Translations under genes and position numbers: made by a program
Notes under the pieces: generated by a model
Told to the model about the DNA's origin: nothing
Database searches by the model: none
The model's input: the letters and a program-made list of their open reading frames with translations, nothing else
Part shown: piece after piece, positions 40,552 through 46,336 of the stretch
How positions within the stretch are numbered: the first letter of the stretch is position 1
Layout: the number at the start of each line of letters is the position of its first letter
NCBI GenBank assembly: GCA_028710985.1
Contig: JAQTTB010000001.1
Coordinates: 523,014-587,013, forward strand
Origin: Patescibacteria group bacterium
GTDB taxonomy: Bacteria; Patescibacteriota; Patescibacteriia; JAHJFT01
Length of the DNA: 64,000 nucleotides
Direction of reading: 5' to 3'

Positions 40552-41917
40552 CGCTTCACAGCTTTACAATTTTTCTCAGTGCCCCTACCGCGTCCACCTT
40601 GATATTTTCGGAGATGAGAAAGAGAAATCGCCGGAATCGGATTTCCTCGCCATGCTGATCGAGGAGGGCGTGCGTCATGAAAAAGACGCCATCGCTGAAA
40701 TGCCATTCTTAGAGGTGGAGGCGCGCGGCACGCTTACGGCACGAGCCGAAGTTACACGCGACCTGATGAAAAAGAAAACGCCCTGGATTTATCAGGGCGT
40801 GCTTCTGACTCGCACCATGGTCGGCATTCCTGATATTTTGGAATATACGGGCGGCCGGTATATCCCCGTGGAAATCAAGTCCGGTGCCGGTCTTAAGGAA
40901 GCGTATATCCAGCAAATCTGTTTTTACGATGAGTTGCTCGGCGAGCTTTTTGGACGTCGTTCGGGTCGCGGTAAAATAATAAATATCAAGAAAGAAATTT
41001 TGGAAGTGGACTGCAATGCCTCGCGTCGCGCCTTTCTTGATAACCTTGCCGCCCTTAAGAAAATCGCCTCGGGTGAAGAAGAGAGTGAGCTGGCCATCGG
41101 TTCGGATTGCAATAACTGCCACTGGAGAAAATTCTGCGAAGAAAAAGCGCGCGCCGAAGATGATCTTACTCTGATCCACGGTCTCGGCCGAGCGTTCAAA
41201 GAGGGGCTGAGGCAGGCCGGGATCAAAACCCAGGGCCAAGCCGCTAAGGTCGATCCGTCGCTCGCGCGCGAAATCCGGCGCCTCGGTCCGGCAAAGCTTG
41301 AAAAATTCCGCGAACAGGCTAAGGTGAACATTGCCGGCAAGATGATGGTTTTCGCGAGGCCCACGATGCGCTGCGCGCCCCTCGAGATATTCATCGATCT
41401 CGAAGGGGATCCGATGCTCGGGATAGACTACCTTATTGGTATGATCGTCCGAAAAAAGGGTAAGGAGCAGTATGTCAGCTTCGTTGCCCGCCGGCCCGAA
41501 GATGAGGCCGCGATGTGGGAGGAGTTCCTTAATTTCATGGCCGGCATCTCGGAAGATTACATTCTTTATCATTATCATAATTATGAAAAAGTGCATTTCA
41601 AGATGCTGTTCGAAAAATATGGCGGCGACGGAGAGCTTTATCATGAAATCGACTATGCGCTCGAGGATCTGAAGAGAACGATCGATAAATCAATGTATCT
41701 TCCGCTTACGCGCTATAGCCTCAAGTGCGTTGCGCGCCATTTGGGTTTTGAATGGCGCGCGGGAGAAGAGGCCGGAGGCGCAAATTCCATTATCTGGTAC
41801 GAGAAATATCTTGGGGATACTGAAAAGAATGCAGATTTGATGCAAAAAATTATTGACTACAATGCCGATGACTGCCGCGCGACCCGTGTGGTCAAAGACT
41901 GGCTTGAGAAAATTTGA
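40538..41917 (+). CDS. RecB/Cas4-like PD-(D/E)xK nuclease with C-terminal RNase H-like domain (TM0106-type)
   Basis: 459 aa. N-terminal Cys (SQCPY) plus CNNCHWRKFC cluster, nuclease motif IPDILEY...IPVEIKSG. C-terminal IFIDLEGDP ... YNADDCRAT exonuclease-like fold. Confidence 0.75.
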   Translation: MPRLSASQLYNFSQCPYRVHLDIFGDEKEKSPESDFLAMLIEEGVRHEKDAIAEMPFLEVEARGTLTARAEVTRDLMKKKTPWIYQGVLLTRTMVGIPDILEYTGGRYIPVEIKSGAGLKEAYIQQICFYDELLGELFGRRSGRGKIINIKKEILEVDCNASRRAFLDNLAALKKIASGEEESELAIGSDCNNCHWRKFCEEKARAEDDLTLIHGLGRAFKEGLRQAGIKTQGQAAKVDPSLAREIRRLGPAKLEKFREQAKVNIAGKMMVFARPTMRCAPLEIFIDLEGDPMLGIDYLIGMIVRKKGKEQYVSFVARRPEDEAAMWEEFLNFMAGISEDYILYHYHNYEKVHFKMLFEKYGGDGELYHEIDYALEDLKRTIDKSMYLPLTRYSLKCVARHLGFEWRAGEEAGGANSIIWYEKYLGDTEKNADLMQKIIDYNADDCRATRVVKDWLEKI

Positions 41918-41919
41918 AT

Positions 41920-42705
41920 ATGAAAAAAATCGTTATTGCAATTTTTGCCGTATTCCTGCTCTCGGTTGCTTTCTTGTACCGCGTGGAAATCCGGCAATGG
42001 TATGAAAATCGGACTCGGGAAGTCGTGCCGTCTCCGCGTTCGGCCGAGGAATTCTCTTACCCGGAAGAGAACGGCGCTTTTGCCAATGTTCTGCCCGACG
42101 CGGCATCCATGACCGCGAGCGGCGGTTTGCCGGATGAATTCAATCTCGACGTGCCGTTTACATCCCAGGCGCCGCTCAAGGAGTGGGATGAAACCCATGA
42201 GGAGTCCTGCGAAGAAGCGTCGGTTATTATGGTTGATTATTTTTATAAAAATAATCAATTCACCAGTCCGGAACAGGCGGATGAAGCAATATTGAAATTC
42301 ATTGATTACGAAAAAACATTTCTGGGATTTTTTGAGAGCACCACGGCTGACGAACTGGCGCGCGTCGTTGAATCGTACTATGATTATGATGTCGATTTGA
42401 TTTATGATTTTTCGGTGGACAATGTAAAACAGGCGGTGCGCCGCGGCTATCCGGTGATTGTTCCGGCCGCTGGCCGGGTTTTGGATAATCCGCACTTTCA
42501 GGATCCGGGTCCCATTTACCACATGCTGGTTATCAAGGGCTGGAAAGGGGATTCCTTCATCACAAATGATCCTGGAACCCAGTTCGGCGCCGATTGGCTT
42601 TACACCTTCGATCATCTGATGGAATCGGCCCATGATTGGAACGGAGGAAATGTGGAACAAGGGAAGAGAGTCATGCTCATCGTAAAACCGCGTGTAAACA
42701 ATTAA
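41920..42705 (+). CDS. peptidase C39-like domain protein
   Basis: 261 aa from ATG 41920 (the track uses TTG 41914). Signal/TM, then VPFTSQAPLKEWDETHEESCEEASVIM, typical of the C39_2 family. Confidence 0.72.
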   Translation: MKKIVIAIFAVFLLSVAFLYRVEIRQWYENRTREVVPSPRSAEEFSYPEENGAFANVLPDAASMTASGGLPDEFNLDVPFTSQAPLKEWDETHEESCEEASVIMVDYFYKNNQFTSPEQADEAILKFIDYEKTFLGFFESTTADELARVVESYYDYDVDLIYDFSVDNVKQAVRRGYPVIVPAAGRVLDNPHFQDPGPIYHMLVIKGWKGDSFITNDPGTQFGADWLYTFDHLMESAHDWNGGNVEQGKRVMLIVKPRVNN

Positions 42706-42715
42706 TAGAATATAT

Positions 42716-43150
42716 ATGATATCACTTTCTTACGGATTTATTGCCGGTGGCATCGGCGGCATTGTCATGGCCATACTAATTCATCTTGCACCGCTTATTG
42801 CAAGCAAAAAATATTTACCCGATATTGATAAGTACTTTTTTCTCGGCCGTCATTTTTCGGCTCGCGAAGTCCATCTCTTTGGAATTTTTATTCAGCTCGC
42901 CTTGAGTGTAATTTTCGGCGGGATATATATTCTACTCGTTGATCAAAAAATAATATTTCATGATTTTCACTATGTGTCCATTCTTTTTTACGGCGTACTT
43001 GTCTGGCTCGCCAAGGGGGCGATTCTCACCCCGCTCCTCGGGGCCGGGTTCTTCGGCGCCAAGCAGGGAAAATACGTCTGGCTGGAAATGTTTATAATCC
43101 ATCAAATTTACGCCCTGGTTTTCTGGCTGGCGGTCAATTTATACGTCTGA
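42716..43150 (+). CDS. small four-TM membrane protein
   Basis: 144 aa, hydrophobic throughout. Confidence 0.65.
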   Translation: MISLSYGFIAGGIGGIVMAILIHLAPLIASKKYLPDIDKYFFLGRHFSAREVHLFGIFIQLALSVIFGGIYILLVDQKIIFHDFHYVSILFYGVLVWLAKGAILTPLLGAGFFGAKQGKYVWLEMFIIHQIYALVFWLAVNLYV

Positions 43151-43172
43151 GTTATCCACAGAACCCGGTCCC

Positions 43173-43201
43173 TTTACTTGGAAAATATAGGCTGGTATAA
43201 T
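43173..43201 (+). promoter_or_regulatory. extended -10 promoter of an orphan ~80-nt transcription unit
   Basis: TTTACT (43173..43178), 17-nt spacer ending in TGG, TATAAT (43196..43201). Confidence 0.45.
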
Positions 43202-43259
43202 ATATTTAGCCGTAAGGAGTGGTGATACGCTCTCTATGGCGATAGTTCGGGAAAACAAA

Positions 43260-43287
43260 ATCTCACCATCCGGTGAGATTTTGCTTT
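43260..43287 (+). terminator. intrinsic terminator of the orphan ~80-nt unit
   Basis: ATCTCACC-ATCC-GGTGAGAT followed by TTTGCTTT. Confidence 0.65.
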
Positions 43288-43302
43288 CTAGAGTGTCGTC
43301 GC

Positions 43303-43331
43303 TTGACAGTTTTTCGCTTGTATTGTAATAT
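43303..43331 (+). promoter_or_regulatory. sigma70-like promoter of the rplJ-rplL operon
   Basis: TTGACA (43303..43308), 17-nt spacer, TAATAT (43326..43331). Confidence 0.6.
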
Positions 43332-43337
43332 ATTGTT

Positions 43338-43508
43338 ATCAATTTAATTTTTGCCGAAGATAACGGGGGTTTCAGCCAGAGGCTGAGGCTTAAAACCACA
43401 CCCCGTCGAGGTGAAATTCCGGCCTGACACTACTTTTAGGTCATGGACTCGGACCTCGTTATCTGCGGCAAAACCGCAGTTTATTTTTTACCCAAAGGTC
43501 GCAACTAT
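43338..43508 (+). ncRNA. candidate ribosomal protein L10 (rplJ) leader with terminator/antiterminator switch
   Basis: Promoter 43303..43331. Long-range helix 43353..43365 / 43457..43469 (13 bp, 1 mismatch) competes with terminator stem 43463..43468 / 43474..43479, which is followed by a T-run at 43480..43489, just before the rplJ ATG. Confidence 0.45.
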
Positions 43509-44033
43509 ATGCCAAAAACAAGAGTACAGAAAGAAAATACCGTTTCCGACTTGGTCGACAAATTCAGCCGCACCAAGTCAGTGGTTTTTGCCGATTTTCA
43601 GGGGCTCAAAATGCCGGAAATCGACGAATTGCGCAACCAATGCCTAAAGCAGGGCATTTCTTACTCAGTCGCCAAAAAGACCCTGGTGCGCATCGCGCTT
43701 GAGAAAGCGGGCGTCAAAGAGATTGATCCAAAGTCAATTGAAGGTTCGCTCGCCACGGTTTTTGGATTTGAGGATGAGGTCGCGCCTGCAAAATTGCTCG
43801 CCACCTTCTCCAGAGCGCACGAGGCGCTCAAGATTAAAGCCGGCATACTTGAAGGCCGGCTCATTCCGTTCGAAGAAGTAATGAAGCTTTCTAAGATACC
43901 GTCAAGGCTTGAGCTTTATGCCATGCTCGTTCGTACCATGAATGGACCGGTTTCCGGATTCGCCAATGTTCTTGCTGGAAATCTGCGGAAATTTATGTAC
44001 GCATTAAACGCAATCAAAGAATCTAAATCATAA
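43509..44033 (+). CDS. rplJ: 50S ribosomal protein L10
   Basis: 174 aa from ATG 43509 ([19 protein letters not shown]...). The track ORF's N-terminal extension covers the leader RNA. Confidence 0.94.
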   Translation: MPKTRVQKENTVSDLVDKFSRTKSVVFADFQGLKMPEIDELRNQCLKQGISYSVAKKTLVRIALEKAGVKEIDPKSIEGSLATVFGFEDEVAPAKLLATFSRAHEALKIKAGILEGRLIPFEEVMKLSKIPSRLELYAMLVRTMNGPVSGFANVLAGNLRKFMYALNAIKESKS

Positions 44034-44047
44034 ATAATTTTAAAAAT

Positions 44048-44452
44048 ATGGCAGAAGAGAAAAAAGACGTCGTGGTTCCGGAAAAATTCAAGAAGCTCGT
44101 TGAGGAAGTTGAAAAAATGAGCGTACTTGATCTCTCGGAACTCGTTAGCATTCTTGAGGATAAATTCGGCGTTTCGGCCGCCGCTCCGGCAGTTGCCGTT
44201 GCCGCCGCCGCTCCAGTCGCCGCCGAAGCCGCCGATGAAAAGACCGAGTTCAATCTTGAACTCCTTGAAGCCGGCGCCAACAAGATCAACGTGATTAAGG
44301 TGGTTCGTGAAGTCACGGGTTTAGGCCTCGCCGATGCCAAGGCCATCGTTGACAGCGCACCGAAGATAGTGAAAGAAGCCATGCCAAAGGCTGATGCCGA
44401 AGCCGCCAAAAAGAAGATTGAGGAAGCCGGCGGAAAAGCAGCTCTCAAATAA
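44048..44452 (+). CDS. rplL: 50S ribosomal protein L7/L12
   Basis: 134 aa. Ala-rich hinge and C-terminal domain [24 protein letters not shown]. Confidence 0.96.
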   Translation: MAEEKKDVVVPEKFKKLVEEVEKMSVLDLSELVSILEDKFGVSAAAPAVAVAAAAPVAAEAADEKTEFNLELLEAGANKINVIKVVREVTGLGLADAKAIVDSAPKIVKEAMPKADAEAAKKKIEEAGGKAALK

Positions 44453-44459
44453 TTGGTTA

Positions 44460-44504
44460 CAAAATAAAAAAAGAACGGCCGTGTAATTATGCGGCCGTTC
44501 TTTT
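44460..44504. repeat. left copy of the duplicated terminator hairpin flanking the RT island
   Basis: CAAAATAAAAAAAGAACGGCCG (22/22 identical to 46293..46314), then a variable loop and GGCCGTTCTTTT. Serves as the rplL terminator. Confidence 0.85.
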
Positions 44505-44513
44505 GATTTTTTT

Positions 44514-44542
44514 AAAAAAAGAGGCATCGCGTTTGCGATGCC
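44514..44542 (-). terminator. intrinsic terminator of the RT gene
   Basis: Stem GGCATCGC / GCGATGCC (44523..44530 / 44535..44542) followed on the minus strand by a T-run (plus-strand A-run 44514..44520). Lies 13 nt after the RT stop. Confidence 0.7.
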
Positions 44543-44554
44543 CGAGCGGCGTAG

Positions 44555-45460
44555 TTAAATACCGAGTTTTCTTAATGCCCTCAGTCCGTTAAAGCGGTCG
44601 ACGAGCTTGGTTTCAGTGCGGTTGTGCGGAGCACAGTATTCGGTCGCCCCCCAGAAAGCGCCCATCATGCCAGCGGCCTGGGCAAAATTTGCACGGCCGC
44701 GTTTGACCGAGTACAGGCGGCCGCGTATCTTGCGCAGATAGTGCCGCGGGATAAAGATGCGGCTGGTCTTATCCATGGCAATGCCGTTGATGACCACCGG
44801 AGCCTTTTGGATGTCGCGGACAATGGATTTCTTATGGTTGATCTGGAATCCAGCCGCGAGAATGATGCGCCGTATCATCTGCCGCTTTCTTTTGCCGATC
44901 GGTTCAGTCGCCGAAAAGGTCAGGTCGTCGAGATAGCGCGTATAGATGATGCCGTGGCGCCGGCAGAATTCGCCGAGCGGCCGGTCAAGAAGTTCGCCGG
45001 CATAGCGGTTGGCAAGATCCGGCGAAGCCGGCGCGCCGGTTGCGAGCCCACCCTCGTCTGCTATGCAGTACTTATTAAGAAAGGCGAGAAGCCCTGTCTC
45101 GTCCTCCATCAGCCGTTCGTCAAGATTCATGAGTATCCCGGCGAGCCGCTCGGCGTCCACGCTCGGATAGAAATTGTGGATGTCGGTGAGGTAGAAAAAG
45201 CGGTTGCCGCGGTGCCGGAGCACATTTTTCTTGGGGGATGAGCCGCGCATCGCGCCGGTGGCGTGCGGCAGGGGATGGTGCTCGAGAAGGTGGCGCCGCA
45301 AGTAAAAGATTAGCCCGCGGTGGACCTGGCGCATCGCGTTATTTGGCGCGTAGAGCGTGCGCATTTTTACGGTCTTCGCTACCGGATTTACGTCTCTGTA
45401 GGTAAATTTGTTGAACCCCGGAGTCCCATCTATGTTTTTCAGAATTATATCAAAGAGCAT
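44555..45460 (-). CDS. retron-type reverse transcriptase (stand-alone, 301 aa)
   Basis: ATG 45460 with AAGGAGG 6 nt upstream. RT motifs in order: RTLYAPNNAMRQVHRGL (1), ATGAMRGSSPKKNVLRH (2, NAxxH-like NVLRH), FFYLTDIHNFYPSV (A), GLATGAPASPDLANRY (B), YTRYLDDLTFS (C), GFQINHKKS (D/E), VVINGIAMD (retron VTG position). Confidence 0.88.
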   Translation of the reverse strand: MLFDIILKNIDGTPGFNKFTYRDVNPVAKTVKMRTLYAPNNAMRQVHRGLIFYLRRHLLEHHPLPHATGAMRGSSPKKNVLRHRGNRFFYLTDIHNFYPSVDAERLAGILMNLDERLMEDETGLLAFLNKYCIADEGGLATGAPASPDLANRYAGELLDRPLGEFCRRHGIIYTRYLDDLTFSATEPIGKRKRQMIRRIILAAGFQINHKKSIVRDIQKAPVVINGIAMDKTSRIFIPRHYLRKIRGRLYSVKRGRANFAQAAGMMGAFWGATEYCAPHNRTETKLVDRFNGLRALRKLGI

Positions 45461-45492
45461 GGCGCCCTCCTTATAGATTTTTGTGTAGGTTG

Positions 45493-45521
45493 ATTTTAGT
45501 ACAGCGCCGAATAAAATGCAA
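45493..45521 (-). promoter_or_regulatory. sigma70-like promoter of the RT gene
   Basis: Minus strand: TTGCAT (45521..45516), 17-nt spacer, TAAAAT (45498..45493). Located between the copy-A terminator and the RT RBS. Confidence 0.55.
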
Positions 45522-45538
45522 GTAAATTTTTTTGGTAT

Positions 45539-45569
45539 AAAAAACGCATCAAACCAGGGGTTTGACGCG
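45539..45569 (-). terminator. intrinsic terminator ending ncRNA copy A
   Basis: 11-bp stem (45545..45555 / 45559..45569) plus U-run (plus-strand A-run 45539..45544). The one non-Watson-Crick position is G-U on the minus strand but A-C on the plus strand. Confidence 0.75.
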
Positions 45570-45914
45570 AAGGGAGAAACCCGATTTTCATCGGGCAGTG
45601 AATTCACAGCGGCGGGTTGGCCAAGTTCGTTGCCCGATTCTGGGTTCTGCGGACAACGATCAAGAGAACAGACTTTGCCGCTGAGGCTTCGATGCAGGGC
45701 CGAAACGGCAGCGCCGAGGCCGCAGGCCGGGGCGCCCTCTGTGCCGAAAGAAGAAGAGAAGGGGCGGATACTATGGCAATTTCCGTTTCCGGAAATCCCG
45801 CTGGCGCACCTTGATGCGCCAACCCTCGTGGGCAAGAGCACTTTGGCGTCCAGCCAGAACCAGGAAACCGTCTTGGCCAACCCGGACTGGACTTGGCTTT
45901 ATCCTATCATAAAC
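45539..45914 (-). ncRNA. RT-associated structured RNA, copy A (RT-proximal)
   Basis: Ends in hairpin plus U-run (45539..45569). Shares helices with copy B. 13-bp long-range helix 45613..45625 / 45872..45884. The 5' end is not determined. Confidence 0.6.
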
Positions 45915-45947
45915 AAAAAAACGCATCAAACCAGGGGGTTTGATGCG
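45915..45947 (-). terminator. intrinsic terminator ending ncRNA copy B
   Basis: Perfect 11-bp stem CGCATCAAACC / GGTTTGATGCG (45922..45932 / 45937..45947) plus a 7-nt U-run on the minus strand. Confidence 0.8.
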
Positions 45948-46292
45948 AAGAGAGAGAGTCCCGACTCGGTCGGGAAGAAAGTGCAGCGGCGGGTTTGAGT
46001 CATTGTCCGCAAGGGACTTTCCGGGCATGGGAGCTTGCCGCTGAAGATACCCGTGGCGTCCGAGGGCACTGAACAACGGGCCGAATCAGCCACTGCGGCC
46101 GCTGATCCGCCTCATGCAGATACCAACGGGAGCGCTTCGGGTTGCCCAGGGGCGATGGGGTACTGTTCAAAGCCCTGGTTTAACCCTTTGGCGCACCTGA
46201 AATGCGCCAAGACGATGAGCACCGAGGATCTCACCCGGAATGAACTAGCTCAAACCCAGCCAAGGTGGCTATGAAGAGGGTAGCATAAAATT
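45915..46292 (-). ncRNA. RT-associated structured RNA, copy B (RT-distal)
   Basis: Ends in hairpin plus U-run (45915..45947). 9-bp long-range helix 45991..45999 / 46249..46257, at the position equivalent to copy A's helix but with a different sequence. The 5' end is not determined. Confidence 0.6.
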
Positions 46293-46336
46293 CAAAATAA
46301 AAAAAGAACGGCCGCGATATCGTGGGCCGTTCTTTT
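46293..46336. repeat. right copy of the duplicated terminator hairpin flanking the RT island
   Basis: Same 22-mer and same 3' arm as 44460..44504. Serves as terminator of the 745-aa gene on the minus strand. Confidence 0.85.

Noticed and set aside
44555-45880. The 441-aa form of the RT ORF given in the track (TTG start at 45880)
   Set aside because: The extra 140 codons run through the copy-A terminator, a promoter and the whole of ncRNA copy A, and they have no RT or other domain signature. ATG 45460 has AAGGAGG 6 nt upstream, and the RT motifs begin shortly after it.
45516-45998. 160-aa plus-strand ORF (and the 72-, 65-, 101- and 79-aa ORFs nearby) as protein-coding genes
   Set aside because: They have no RBS and low-complexity, non-protein-like sequence. 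They overlap conserved RNA helices and terminators. Open frames are expected in a G+C-rich structured region. Kept only as a speculative note in the findings.
45539-46292. Interpretation of the two repeat units as DGR template/variable repeats
   Set aside because: The RT has the retron-like GAPASP motif rather than the DGR [ILV]GxxxSQ motif. The differences between the copies are not adenine-specific and include indels. Neither copy lies within a target protein gene.
45539-46292. RNase P RNA or tmRNA (size ~375 nt; GGAAAGTCC-like string at about 46012..46020 on the minus strand)
   Set aside because: The P4/CR-I and CR-V consensus (GAGGAAAGUCCGGGC, ACAGAANNCGGCUUA) are not present in the right order. 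There is no tRNA-like 3' end, no CCA and no tag reading frame. Two tandem diverged copies are implausible for a housekeeping RNA. A covariance-model scan would settle it.
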